Origin: a virus
Length of the DNA stretch: 35,957 nt
Strand: one strand, 5' to 3'
IMG/VR virus record: IMGVR_UViG_3300023223_000133
Coordinates: 1-35,957 of that record
Shown: positions 1 through 9,264 of the stretch, piece by piece
How positions within the stretch are numbered: the stretch's first letter is position 1
Layout: every line of letters begins with the position of its first letter
Notes under the pieces: model-generated
What the model saw: the letters and a program-made list of their open reading frames with translations, nothing else
Databases searched by the model: none
Told to the model about the DNA's origin: nothing
Translations under genes and position numbers: made by a program

Positions 1-144
1 GGTCACATTAACGGGCAGGGCTACTATTGAAAAGACAGGCGGCGGCTCTGATGTGTTGGAGGTTCGCTTTGCTGTTAATTGGAATGGAACGGTAAGTGAT
101 GGCGGCTTGGAGAAATCAAGAGCGCAAACACAAAACACAACCCC
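1..144. repeat. Terminal direct repeat identical to 35814..35957 (circular-assembly overlap or terminal redundancy)
   Basis: Read directly: ggtcacattaacgggcaggg...caaaacacaacccc is present at both ends of the window, 144/144 identical. Confidence 0.95.
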
Positions 145-271
145 GACAACCGTACCGATAGGCGCACTAACAAAGATAGTTACCGGTGATAATATACGTG
201 TAATATTTAGTAATAATGATGGAGGGTCAAATATAATCGCCTCTATCGCATCCGTGGAGGTTAGCGACTAA
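1..271 (+). CDS. 3' part of the wrap-around tail protein gene that starts at 34810 (424 aa in total when the circle is closed)
   Basis: Position 1 equals 35814. The frame from ATG 34810 stays open to the window end and continues in phase (codons start at position 2) to TAA 269-271. The track ORF 53..271 is only its internal-Met tail. Confidence 0.8.
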   Translation, partial: VTLTGRATIEKTGGGSDVLEVRFAVNWNGTVSDGGLEKSRAQTQNTTPTTVPIGALTKIVTGDNIRVIFSNNDGGSNIIASIASVEVSD

Positions 272-600
272 TGGCTATTAAACAATTAGTAGATAACTTT
301 GTTAACTCACAAGTTGACGCCGCTCAAGTCGCATTCACTGCACCAGCAACAATAGCGGTAACTATAGACTCATTTACAGCGGCTAATAACTCACAGGTTA
401 ACGCTAGCTATAAAGCTTATATAAAAACAAGCACTGGTGTCTTATCCCCTCAAGTGCCGTTTAAGGTCGTGGTATGGGGTGAGAATGATTTAGGTATTGG
501 AATTGTTAACCAAGTAATACCGCCCGGTGGTTCACTACAAGTTGAATCATCAGCGCTAGACTCGTTGTACTTTACAGTATCAGGCAGGGAAATAACCTAG
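271..600 (+). CDS. Hypothetical virion-module protein (109 aa)
   Basis: The ATG overlaps the preceding stop (TAATG). It lies within a co-oriented, tightly packed tail gene block. No family recognised. Confidence 0.6.
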   Translation: MAIKQLVDNFVNSQVDAAQVAFTAPATIAVTIDSFTAANNSQVNASYKAYIKTSTGVLSPQVPFKVVVWGENDLGIGIVNQVIPPGGSLQVESSALDSLYFTVSGREIT

Positions 601-601
601 A

Positions 602-1108
602 GTGTTTATCATTGGATTACCTAGAAGCCGAACAGCGTGGCTATCTGTTTTTATGTCTCAGTCTGGTATTAAGTTTTACCATGAAGCTATTAACGGTTGT
701 AATTCTTTAGCTGAATACGAGGATAAAATAAAAGGTTTAGGTGATTGCACAACAGCCTTTGATTTGCCGAATATAGACGAAGTTACAAGCGGGGCTAAAG
801 TTGTTATAATAGAAAAAAATCAAGATGAATTAAACCGGTGTATTGAATGGAGTGATCAAGAATACTCTATTGACAGCAAAGACATGTTGGTTGAGTTAAA
901 TAGCAAGCTAAAAAATGTTACCGGCTTAAAGGTTAGGCAATCAGAAATAAACGACAGGTTGCAGGATATTTGGGAATACTTAGTTGATATTCCTTGGCAT
1001 GACAAATACAAAGACTTAATTGAGTTCAACATACAAGTTCAATCAACAGCGATAGATGAAGAGGCAGCAAGAAATCTATATGAAAGCATTCAACAAAATT
1101 CACAGTGA
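602..1108 (+). CDS. Hypothetical protein with a possible sulfotransferase-type N-terminal loop (168 aa)
   Basis: GTG start 1 nt after the preceding stop. The N-terminal IIGLPRSRTAWLS resembles the PAPS 5'-phosphosulfate-binding loop (PKxGTTW type) of sulfotransferase-fold enzymes. The rest is not recognised, so the functional call is weak. Confidence 0.5.
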   Translation: MFIIGLPRSRTAWLSVFMSQSGIKFYHEAINGCNSLAEYEDKIKGLGDCTTAFDLPNIDEVTSGAKVVIIEKNQDELNRCIEWSDQEYSIDSKDMLVELNSKLKNVTGLKVRQSEINDRLQDIWEYLVDIPWHDKYKDLIEFNIQVQSTAIDEEAARNLYESIQQNSQ

Positions 1109-1661
1109 TTTAGATATATCATTAGCCAGAAAAGAAATAGCTAGTAATGCTGATTTGTTTGGTGAATTCAACGCTCGTAAAGATGCAGGCCCAGTAATGG
1201 CGCAAATGGATGACATATGGTTACGATACGGCGATCCTTCTGGCATGATTGAAAGCGGTGACTATTCAACACTAGCCGATGAGCACGATTCTATTTGGCT
1301 TAAAGATTTACCTGAATGCAAAAAGTTATGCTTTGAGTTAATGAAGCTTGTTGACGGTGAAAGATTAGGCGGTGTTTTAATCTCTCGACTTCCTCCAGGT
1401 GGTGAGATGTTAGAGCATACCGATGCAGGTTGGCATGCTGACTATTATGATAAATATTATGTACCCATTGAAAACGAAATTGGTTCTGTATTCGGTTTTG
1501 ATGAAGGTGATATTAAACCAAGCCTTGGTGATGTATGGGCATTCGATAACTCATTTAATCACTGGGTTAAAAACGACTCTAAAAGCGAGAGAATAGCTAT
1601 GATTGTTTGTATCAAACAAGAAAAATACACAAGAGGGGGTTTATTATGCCTTGGGCAGTAG
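1056..1661 (+). CDS. Aspartyl/asparaginyl beta-hydroxylase-like 2OG-Fe(II) oxygenase (cupin)
   Basis: LISRLPPGGEMLEHTD ... FDNSFNHWVKNDSKSERIAMIV matches the HxD...H metal triad and the FDdSxxH..N.s...Ri.li signature I associate with Pfam Asp_Arg_Hydrox. The start is ambiguous (ATG 1056 or ATG 1080), and both overlap the upstream gene. Confidence 0.75.
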   Translation: MKRQQEIYMKAFNKIHSDLDISLARKEIASNADLFGEFNARKDAGPVMAQMDDIWLRYGDPSGMIESGDYSTLADEHDSIWLKDLPECKKLCFELMKLVDGERLGGVLISRLPPGGEMLEHTDAGWHADYYDKYYVPIENEIGSVFGFDEGDIKPSLGDVWAFDNSFNHWVKNDSKSERIAMIVCIKQEKYTRGGLLCLGQ

Positions 1662-2323
1662 CAGCAGCAGCAGTCGGCGCAGTGGGCGCTAACGTAGCAG
1701 CAAATAAAGCGGATAAAGCATCAAAGAGAAGTGCAGATGCGGCAGTTGATGCGGCAGATGCGCAGATATTAGCAGGGCAAGAGGCTTCAACACTTTTAGA
1801 CCCGTTTCAGCGTATAGGCAGGCAAGGAATAGTAAGAAGTGGCTTCTTAACTGACCCCGATGCACAGTTTGACTTCTTGCAAAGCAACCCTTTATTCCAG
1901 CAAATCCAAGAACAGAACCAGCAAGTAACTGGTGATGCTCAAGAAGCTTTATTTAAAACGGCAGCGGCTAGAGGTAGATTAAGCGCAGGAGATACGATTC
2001 AGCAGACTGCTAACTTAGGTGAGCAAAGCGCTAGAAACTTATTGTTAGCATCTCAACCGCTTATAGCTGACCAAAAACAATCTATTGGCGACTTATTAAA
2101 CTTCGGTCAAGCAACCGCTGTCAATCAAGGTAACTTACGCACAGGTATTGGTGCAGCACAAGCAGGTGGTATCGTCGGCGCTCAAAACGCATTAAATCAA
2201 GGTACACAGGCAAGTATTAACAACGTAAATTCACAGGCTGCATTACTTAGTGGTATATTAGCTAATCAACAAAAAGTCGCGCCACCTTCTTCAGTTACCG
2301 ATGCAAGAATAGGAATTACATAA
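1646..2323 (+). CDS. Putative ejection/internal virion protein (position of P22 gp7)
   Basis: ATG 1646 follows an AGAGGGGG RBS, whereas the track start 1607 has none. The protein is Ala/Gln-rich with a hydrophobic N-terminus, MPWAVAAAAVGAVGANVAA. It is the first of three coupled genes immediately before the tailspike. Confidence 0.55.
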   Translation: MPWAVAAAAVGAVGANVAANKADKASKRSADAAVDAADAQILAGQEASTLLDPFQRIGRQGIVRSGFLTDPDAQFDFLQSNPLFQQIQEQNQQVTGDAQEALFKTAAARGRLSAGDTIQQTANLGEQSARNLLLASQPLIADQKQSIGDLLNFGQATAVNQGNLRTGIGAAQAGGIVGAQNALNQGTQASINNVNSQAALLSGILANQQKVAPPSSVTDARIGIT

Positions 2324-3513
2324 TGGCCATTGACCCAAGAATATCACTAGCAGGTATCGTACCTCAAACGCAATCAGCACAGACTGTATCTAATATATTT
2401 CAGTCTAACCTGAATAACGCCCAAAATAGACGCGCGAATGAGCAAAACATACAGCAACAAGCAGCCTTACAGCCTTTTCAATTACAACAGGCTCAGCAAA
2501 TCGAGGCAGCAGGAGAGCAGAGCGCAGCATTTGAAGCTGAAAACGCCAATATCAGAAGTTTAGTCGAAGCAGGTGTCCCACTTAAATCATTCTTAGAATC
2601 AGGTGATAATGAAGGGGCTGTTCAATTCCTGCAAAACAGAAGGGCAGAAATTACCGCTCGTGGTGGTGATACTGCTCAAACTGATGGCGCACTAAATCAA
2701 ATACTATCTGGTAATCCTCAGAATGTTTTACAGGGTATTCAAGCCAATGAAACTATTGCACAGCAACGTGGATTGCTTGGTGTATCTCAAATGTCAGTAG
2801 GGCAAAGGGACTTTGAATCAAAGGTTAATATTGTTAAGAATGATCCTAACCTAGAAACGGCAGAGGGAAAGGCAGCAGCTATCGCGTTAGGACTAGAGGC
2901 TAAAGCATCATCAGCAGCGCAAATACAAATAGCAAAAGATCCAGAGCTAACCAAAGCGGTGGCGGAATCTGAGGCCACAATAGCGGGCGCTAAATCCGAA
3001 GCAACTGAAGGCGAAAAGCTTAAGCAGCAACGTAAACATAAGCCAGCCATTATAGCGCTTAGTAAATTAGCTGAAAAAGCAGCGATTGAAAGAGGTGAAG
3101 TGCTAACCGATTTATCTAGAATGGAAGCTACATTGCCTGGGTTGTTAGAGGTAACTTCTGAGCTTAAAGAGTTAGCAACAATAGCAACTAGCACATTGGG
3201 CGGCAAAGCCTATGACGCTATAGTTAAACAAACTGGATTCGGAGCAACTAAAGGATCAACCGCTAGAGCAAAGTTTATAGCTATTATAGACAATCAAGTA
3301 TTGCCACTATTAAAGCCTACTTTCGGCGGTTCATTTACAGTTGGTGAGGGTGACGCTTTACGGGCTACACTTGGCGATCCAGATGCGACTTTGGAAGCAA
3401 AGGTTGAGCAAATAAACGCATTTATAGCACAGAAAGAAAGAGATATAAGAAGCAAGCAAACTCAAGCAGCTTCCAGTGATGAAGAATTCGCGGGATTTAA
3501 GGTGGTTCGATAA
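2323..3513 (+). CDS. Putative ejection/internal virion protein (position of P22 gp20), 396 aa
   Basis: TAATG coupling to the upstream gene. Gln/Ala-rich, low-complexity, coiled-coil-like sequence. Synteny only. Confidence 0.5.
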   Translation: MAIDPRISLAGIVPQTQSAQTVSNIFQSNLNNAQNRRANEQNIQQQAALQPFQLQQAQQIEAAGEQSAAFEAENANIRSLVEAGVPLKSFLESGDNEGAVQFLQNRRAEITARGGDTAQTDGALNQILSGNPQNVLQGIQANETIAQQRGLLGVSQMSVGQRDFESKVNIVKNDPNLETAEGKAAAIALGLEAKASSAAQIQIAKDPELTKAVAESEATIAGAKSEATEGEKLKQQRKHKPAIIALSKLAEKAAIERGEVLTDLSRMEATLPGLLEVTSELKELATIATSTLGGKAYDAIVKQTGFGATKGSTARAKFIAIIDNQVLPLLKPTFGGSFTVGEGDALRATLGDPDATLEAKVEQINAFIAQKERDIRSKQTQAASSDEEFAGFKVVR

Positions 3514-5213
3514 TGCCAGTTATAACTATACAAACACCTAGCGGTGGTACAGTTCAAATTGATGCCCCGGAAGGTGCGACAGATGAGCAGATACTTAGGT
3601 TTGCTAAGTCTCAAGGCTTGTTTGATGACGTGTTAACCAGGTCAGCTCAAAATCCCGATGTGCCAGGTATAGAGGGCGACCCAGCGCAACCACAACCAGA
3701 GCAGCAAGAGGCGCAATCATTTTCCGATCAAGTTCTTGGTGTAGGTGAGGCTTTGTTAACTACTGCAACAGGTGCAACTACCGGCGCTTTAGGTTTTATT
3801 GGTGGAACTGTCGAGGGTGCGGTTAAAGAATTAACTGGTGATATTGAGCGCGGCGAAGGTCAAAAAATAGCACAAGAGCGCGCGGCAGGTTTAACTTTTG
3901 CCCCGAGAACTGAAGCCGGTCAAGATATCGTTCAGGGTATCGGTGATGTTTTAGGTGTGTTACCTCCTGTAATTGGCACTACGCCATTAAATACACTTAG
4001 ACCGCTAGTGACAGGCAAAGCAATCACAGATAGGTTATTACGCAACCCCAGAGCTAAGCGCGCATTGTTAGCCGATGAAATCAGAAAGGGTAATCCTAAC
4101 ATTGAAAACGTCACTAAAGCTTTAGATGCTAGCGGCGAGATAATCACAAGACCGGCAAGCAAGAGAGCGGTTAAAGTTTTAGGCGGCGATCATGTTGCAA
4201 AAGGTACAGTTAGTGTTTTAGAGAATATGAATCCCGCATCAAAAGCACAAGTAAATAAAATGCTAGCCAATATTGAGCGAGGCAGAAGAGAGCCTTTATT
4301 TGGTGATGCTAATAGGCCGTCCGATGTATTAGGTCAATCAGTTTTAAATAGAGCTAAAAAGGTTTCGGAGATAAACCAAAGAGCGGGTAAGGCTATTGGT
4401 AATACTGCGAGATCATTATCAGATATTAATGTTGATATTGGCCCGGTTAATAATCAATTTTTCAATAAACTTAATGAGCTAGGTGTTACTTTTAGTCGCG
4501 CCGATGATGGATGGGTTACCCCTGACTTTTCACGGTCTAAGTTTAACGGTGGTGATAAGCAGATGATGACCGTTTTAGTTAATGATTTACTAGACGGGAC
4601 ACCGGGATTTGAAGTTGCGCACAAATTAAAGAGAACGATACGCGACAATGTTGATTTTGATAAAGGCGGTGTAGGTCAAATAAAAGGCGAATCACAAAAA
4701 ATACTAAAAGACTTATCAAGCGGTATTGATGATGTTTTAGATTCTACCTCACCAAAGTATAAAAAGGCTAATGAGGCATTTGCCAAGACTATCAAGGTTA
4801 AAGAGGATTTTGACAAGCTAGCCGGCAAAGATATTGATATTGGTACGGATTTATCAGCGGAAATATTAGGCGGCAAAGCTATGCGCCTTGACTCTAACGC
4901 AGTATCAAGAACGGCAATTAAAAAGCTATTCCTTGATGCTGACAATGTGCTTGGTGAATTCGGGATTAAATTTAAAGATGATATTCCTAGCTTAATTCAC
5001 ATTACTAGTAAGCTAAATGATGCTTTCAAACTTGCGCCAGGTGGTTCGTTAAAAGGTAATATTATCAGCGGCGGCTTAGATGTTGCAGAAGCGGCAAGCG
5101 GCCCCGTTGGAGCGGCAAGAATTGCAGCCAAAAAACTATCACAAATAAAAGATCCAGATTTTAATAAGAAGCTACGTGCTTTTCGATCACTAACAACAAC
5201 GCAGGATAAATAA
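3513..5213 (+). CDS. Putative ejection/internal virion protein (position of P22 gp16), 566 aa
   Basis: TAATG coupling to the upstream gene. It is a large protein directly upstream of the tailspike. Synteny only. Confidence 0.5.
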   Translation: MPVITIQTPSGGTVQIDAPEGATDEQILRFAKSQGLFDDVLTRSAQNPDVPGIEGDPAQPQPEQQEAQSFSDQVLGVGEALLTTATGATTGALGFIGGTVEGAVKELTGDIERGEGQKIAQERAAGLTFAPRTEAGQDIVQGIGDVLGVLPPVIGTTPLNTLRPLVTGKAITDRLLRNPRAKRALLADEIRKGNPNIENVTKALDASGEIITRPASKRAVKVLGGDHVAKGTVSVLENMNPASKAQVNKMLANIERGRREPLFGDANRPSDVLGQSVLNRAKKVSEINQRAGKAIGNTARSLSDINVDIGPVNNQFFNKLNELGVTFSRADDGWVTPDFSRSKFNGGDKQMMTVLVNDLLDGTPGFEVAHKLKRTIRDNVDFDKGGVGQIKGESQKILKDLSSGIDDVLDSTSPKYKKANEAFAKTIKVKEDFDKLAGKDIDIGTDLSAEILGGKAMRLDSNAVSRTAIKKLFLDADNVLGEFGIKFKDDIPSLIHITSKLNDAFKLAPGGSLKGNIISGGLDVAEAASGPVGAARIAAKKLSQIKDPDFNKKLRAFRSLTTTQDK

Positions 5214-5215
5214 AC

Positions 5216-7111
5216 ATGGCATTTTCACCTATTGCGTTCATCGCACCAAACTATCGAGATTTTAAAAACTACTGGTTAAAAGCTTATCAACCAGGAACTA
5301 CCACCCCTAAAGTTATGGCGCTTGACTCTGAGGGAGTAGTAACCGTTGCTAAATTAGAACTCAACAAAGATGGCTTTATTGAATCAGCAGGCGGGGCAAT
5401 TGTTACCCCTTATATAACTGGTGCTTATGATGCTTGGTTATTCCCTACTGAAGCTGAAGCAGATGCCAATGATACGTCAAACGCTGAAAGGGTTGCTGAT
5501 GATCTTAGCGCTGGATTTATCAATGACTTATCGCAAACCTATGACTTTCCTGATGGTGTTCCAGAGTACAAAGCTTTCTCGTCTGAATTCCCGGTAGGAA
5601 AGCGCATTTACCTCGCTGATAGGGATGCTTATTTTAATGTTATTGCCGGCACAGGCACAGCTAACACGTTTGACATAATCGCCAGCACAGAAGTAGACCA
5701 AAGTATCAGCATGATTATAGGCGATACGCTAAGCATAGATAAACTAGGCGGTAAGTTCGATGCTTCAGATGAAAAGGATGTGGTATCTAGGTTTTTCGAG
5801 CTACTTAACTCAACTGTAAGGCATGGCATTATACAGCCGTTATCAATTGCAACGTCAATATCTCACGCAATAACTAGAAGTGATGTAACCCTTGAATGGT
5901 CAGAGGATGGACACTTAAAAGCATTTGCCGCCATGAATTCACAAATAGTAATAGGTGATGGCTCACAAAGAAAGCAATCTATCCACCTTGTAAACCCTCA
6001 CTTGCTTGGTAATAACCTGGCTAATTTTGGTATTGAAGATGTTGGCACAAGAATATCATCAATTAAAGGCGGTATTTTTCACGACCACCTTGAATACCAC
6101 ATACTTCAAGAACCTACCACGGTAGATTTTAGCGAATTTTTAGAGATAAAAGAGAATCAAGGCAATGATGCTAGAGGCTTCTTTATCCACAAGGCGACAA
6201 CAATAGGCCGCGCTACTGATACTGTACTTGAAGATAATGTTATGTTTAGGGCTACTGATTGGTTTGCCAAAATAACATCAGGACAAAGATTTAAATTTGA
6301 CCGGAATATGATAGGTAGGCAGAGTGCTACCTTCTTAGGTGGAATACTTATAACAGCTAGTGACTTACATACAGGCAATGAAACAGCCGAACATATTATT
6401 AATGACTTGTATGTTGAATCTAATGTAACTTATGGCGCCGGCATTGAAGCGGTGGTTATAGAAAACCAAAGCACCACACGCCCGGTAAACGGCTGTGTTA
6501 TCTCTAATATTAAAGTTGAGCCTGTAACCCTAGTCAAGCAAGTTGGAATTAGAACCCCTGCCGCTGGTGGCTCAAGACAGCACACTATAAAAAGTATGGA
6601 TCCTAAAGGCGGCTTTGCTGACAGTATCAAAATCGGCACAAGCGTAGCATGGACTAGAATAACCGTTGATGGTCAAGATGCTAATGCAGAGGACTTCATA
6701 AACGATGCAGGTAACAACACTGTAATTAATGGCCTTATGTATGAAGCTGCTGGCGCAGGTGGTACACCAACAACAGGCACCGAAGGCGATACAATTGTAA
6801 ATACTTCTGACAATAGTACATGGCTAAAAGTTAGCGGAGGCTATCAAAGGTTGAGTTATGATGAAATAACCTTTAGTGATACTTTTAACGCGCCATCTAT
6901 TGCAGCAGGAGGCACACACACAACCTCTTTTGTTGTTACTGGTGCAGTTGCAAGGGATACGCCTTTAGTGACGTTAGAAACGAATATGATGGGGTTAATG
7001 CTAACTAGTTACACTAGAACCGATGCGTTACATATCATTCTATTTAACCCAACTGTCGGCGCTGTAGATTTAGGATCAACAACGTTACGCGCGGTTGTAA
7101 TGAAAACCTAA
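5216..7111 (+). CDS. Tailspike / tail fibre protein (631 aa)
   Basis: It is the last gene of the virion module. The N-terminus (PNYRDFKNYWLKAYQPGTTTP ... FPTEAEADANDTSNAERVADDL) resembles particle-binding N-domains of podoviral tailspikes. The central region has beta-helix-like repetitive G/N/T-rich strands. An intrinsic terminator follows. Confidence 0.7.
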   Translation: MAFSPIAFIAPNYRDFKNYWLKAYQPGTTTPKVMALDSEGVVTVAKLELNKDGFIESAGGAIVTPYITGAYDAWLFPTEAEADANDTSNAERVADDLSAGFINDLSQTYDFPDGVPEYKAFSSEFPVGKRIYLADRDAYFNVIAGTGTANTFDIIASTEVDQSISMIIGDTLSIDKLGGKFDASDEKDVVSRFFELLNSTVRHGIIQPLSIATSISHAITRSDVTLEWSEDGHLKAFAAMNSQIVIGDGSQRKQSIHLVNPHLLGNNLANFGIEDVGTRISSIKGGIFHDHLEYHILQEPTTVDFSEFLEIKENQGNDARGFFIHKATTIGRATDTVLEDNVMFRATDWFAKITSGQRFKFDRNMIGRQSATFLGGILITASDLHTGNETAEHIINDLYVESNVTYGAGIEAVVIENQSTTRPVNGCVISNIKVEPVTLVKQVGIRTPAAGGSRQHTIKSMDPKGGFADSIKIGTSVAWTRITVDGQDANAEDFINDAGNNTVINGLMYEAAGAGGTPTTGTEGDTIVNTSDNSTWLKVSGGYQRLSYDEITFSDTFNAPSIAAGGTHTTSFVVTGAVARDTPLVTLETNMMGLMLTSYTRTDALHIILFNPTVGAVDLGSTTLRAVVMKT

Positions 7112-7115
7112 AAGC

Positions 7116-7137
7116 AAAGCCCCTAACCGGGGCTTTT
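7116..7137. terminator. Bidirectional rho-independent terminator between the convergent tailspike gene and the nin-like operon
   Basis: aaagcccc-taacc-ggggcttt: GC stem with an A-run upstream and a T-run downstream. Confidence 0.75.
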
Positions 7138-7196
7138 CGCATTGTGCATAAACATTAATATTGGCGTTACTACTAGTGCCCAGTAAATAAAATAAA

Positions 7197-7652
7197 TCAT
7201 TTTGCAACCCCTAACCAACCAAAATAAGCAGCACTGCGGGTATCTTCATTGCTGCGACCTTTCCACCCTGTAACCTTTTCAAACTGTGCTTTATCCTTTT
7301 TCCACATCTTAGATATTTTATGTTTAACTACCTTTACCCCGAAGTATTCAAATACTCTCTCTAGCTCTACTTGTGATTGCTGACACTTACCGACAGAATT
7401 TGCCATCTTCATATTTATGGCTTGGTTTGTTTTTTGTCTCTGCCTAAATACAGCATTCATACCACAAACGTTTTCCATATGAACAGTGACGTCATTTGTG
7501 TCAATATTTTTTGCGCCGTTAACCCACTCTATCAACATAAAGTGAATGGATAGCAGAGGCATGGCTTCGCAACTAATAAACTTACCATCAAGATAGACTG
7601 CCACACCATGTGCTTTACTATCCGGATCAATACCGATAATTATTTTAGACAT
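7197..7652 (-). CDS. RuvC-like Holliday junction resolvase
   Basis: N-terminal KIIIGIDPDSKAHGVAV (catalytic Asp motif), HMEN, and C-terminal SNEDTRSAAYFG fit the RuvC/RNase H-like fold. It is the last gene of a nin-like operon, in the position of rusA. Confidence 0.7.
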   Translation of the reverse strand: MSKIIIGIDPDSKAHGVAVYLDGKFISCEAMPLLSIHFMLIEWVNGAKNIDTNDVTVHMENVCGMNAVFRQRQKTNQAINMKMANSVGKCQQSQVELERVFEYFGVKVVKHKISKMWKKDKAQFEKVTGWKGRSNEDTRSAAYFGWLGVAK

Positions 7653-7933
7653 AATAAACCTTTATCAATAAATTTCTGTTGAGTTCTTTCTAGTGCCATA
7701 AATTTAGCACTATCAACCATATCCCAACCATAAAGCGGAGGGGCGCGACCGTCTATAACATCATGGCAATTAGAGCAAGCATACACAGCAAAGTGATCCC
7801 CACATTTAGTACCCATACCTCTAATCTTGCCAATATGACAAAGTACAACGGTTTCATTACTCGAGCAGTTACCAAGCATTAAGGTGCAATCCTCACCTCT
7901 TGCTGATTTAGTAAACTTCGTTTGCTTCGCCAT
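7640..7933 (-). CDS. YbcO-like protein (DUF1364 putative nuclease)
   Basis: ARGEDCTLMLGNCSSNETVVLCHI...GTKCGDHFAVYACSNCHDVIDGR matches the Cys/His pattern of lambdoid YbcO proteins. ATG 7933 follows a GGAGGGG RBS, and the upstream extension to 7984 in the track lacks one. Confidence 0.7.
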   Translation of the reverse strand: MAKQTKFTKSARGEDCTLMLGNCSSNETVVLCHIGKIRGMGTKCGDHFAVYACSNCHDVIDGRAPPLYGWDMVDSAKFMALERTQQKFIDKGLLCLK

Positions 7934-8025
7934 AACCCCTCCAATTATCCCACATAATACAAATACAAATGCTAACAGATACATCTAGCATAAAGTAAAC
8001 CGCTAAGTCAGTCATTGCTAATTGA

Positions 8026-8145
8026 TCAAGCATAAGGTGCAGTCCATGCAGATATGCTAAAAATCAAAGCAAGAGTTATTAACAAGCAGCCTAATACTAT
8101 TCTTGAGTAGTGTAAAAGGTTTGGTGTAATACTTAATTTGCACAT
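8026..8145 (-). CDS. Small hydrophobic peptide (39 aa), below the ORF-track cutoff
   Basis: ATG 8145 sits 5 nt after an AAGGAGAG RBS. MCKLSITPNLLHYSRIVLGCLLITLALIFSISAWTAPYA contains one TM segment. It occupies the small-gene slot between the DUF1367-like and YbcO-like genes. Confidence 0.45.
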   Translation of the reverse strand: MCKLSITPNLLHYSRIVLGCLLITLALIFSISAWTAPYA

Positions 8146-8156
8146 GTTAACTCTCC

Positions 8157-8600
8157 TTAAAACCAAGCTACAACTTGCTTTAATATTTCAGGGTCAGTTG
8201 TTTTATCAAAGACCCGCTTAAGCGCTGCATCGGTTATTTTTTTATAAAATAAACCTCTATCTTCTGGCGCCATACTTTCATACTTTAAACTTAACGGTAT
8301 TAATTCAAAGCTAGTGCCATCACGCGAATATACTTGCTTAAAATACCCCGCAATGACCGTTAGCTTACGTCTAACATAATCAAGCTGGTATTCGTCCTTT
8401 GCTGCGTCCTCATCACCATAGTAGTGACGGGTGCAGAATGAAAAGAATGCAAATATTTTAGCGTGTAGTCGATAGTTTTGATTAAGCTTTACATCGTGAC
8501 TATGAACGGCGCCAACTTTAAACTTTGACATCTTAGCCTGTGATTCTTCATCGCACGCTACAAAGCCACGGTCAGCAGTTAGGATTAAATTGATCTTCAC
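8157..8600 (-). CDS. DUF1367-like (YbcN-like) nin-region protein
   Basis: The assignment rests on overall resemblance and on its position upstream of the YbcO-like and resolvase genes, as in lambdoid nin regions. GTG start overlaps the upstream stop (GTGA). The family call is from memory only. Confidence 0.4.
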   Translation of the reverse strand: MKINLILTADRGFVACDEESQAKMSKFKVGAVHSHDVKLNQNYRLHAKIFAFFSFCTRHYYGDEDAAKDEYQLDYVRRKLTVIAGYFKQVYSRDGTSFELIPLSLKYESMAPEDRGLFYKKITDAALKRVFDKTTDPEILKQVVAWF

Positions 8601-8998
8601 TTTAACAACTCAGGGTGCTGATGAACATTACCTATGACTTCAGGTCTAAACGCATCAACTATTATTTGCAAGCAACCGTCACCAGATGTAAAGCCACAAC
8701 CTTGATATGATACCTCTTCATTTACACGGCCCGCATCATAAGCGCAATTAATTTCATGACTTAAAATATCACCCTCATAAATATCAACGCCATTCTTATC
8801 GGTTAACCCTGTGAATTGCATTATATGAAAGTTAGCATCTTCTTCAATCCTAGCTAAAGACTCCCATAACCTAGTAAAAGCACCTGAACTAGTTGTTCTT
8901 ATTTCGGTATCAGGCTCGTCATACCCATATTGATTAACTCCGCTCATCATGGAGTTTCTTTCAGTGTTAAAAACTCTAAATTTAATTACTCTACTCAT
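8597..8998 (-). CDS. YopX family protein
   Basis: IKFRVFN ... MQFTGLTDKNGVDIYEGDIL is the characteristic YopX signature. Confidence 0.8.
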   Translation of the reverse strand: MSRVIKFRVFNTERNSMMSGVNQYGYDEPDTEIRTTSSGAFTRLWESLARIEEDANFHIMQFTGLTDKNGVDIYEGDILSHEINCAYDAGRVNEEVSYQGCGFTSGDGCLQIIVDAFRPEVIGNVHQHPELLK

Positions 8999-9225
8999 TA
9001 AAACTTTCTCCCTTGATTAACTAAGCTAGTTCTTAACACCCATTTATCACCTTCACGATAAACACAATGCGACTTCATATCAGTATCAAGTAGGTATTTA
9101 GCAAGCTTGCCACGGCTAACGCATAACTCTTTGGCCAGTACCGATTGATTGCCCTTGTAGTACGGAGTTAATAAAATCTCCTGTACGCTGTAAATATTAA
9201 CTTGTCTCAAAACTTTCCCCATCAA
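8998..9225 (-). CDS. Small protein with a possible HTH (75 aa)
   Basis: QSVLAKELCVSRGKLAKYL looks like a helix-turn-helix. TAATG coupling to the yopX-like gene. Confidence 0.5.
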   Translation of the reverse strand: MMGKVLRQVNIYSVQEILLTPYYKGNQSVLAKELCVSRGKLAKYLLDTDMKSHCVYREGDKWVLRTSLVNQGRKF

Positions 9226-9264
9226 TTGATTGTGTGACTAATAATAGAGCAATTTGCTAGATAG

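Noticed and set aside
1607-1645. N-terminal extensions offered by the ORF track (1607, 7984, 11525, 16462, 16791, 19046, 20227, 33086)
   Set aside because: In each case a downstream ATG has one or more of the following: a proper Shine-Dalgarno sequence, a TAATG or ATGA coupling signal, or a position that begins the recognisable domain or signal peptide. The extensions use TTG or GTG starts, or lack an RBS.
2787-6639. Minus-strand ORFs 2787..3206, 3932..4162, 4454..4648, 4676..4945, 5629..5829, 6157..6378 and 6430..6639 inside the ejection-protein and tailspike genes
   Set aside because: They lie entirely antisense to long, well-supported plus-strand genes. They have no RBS and their composition is low-complexity Ser/Leu/Pro-rich, typical of shadow frames.
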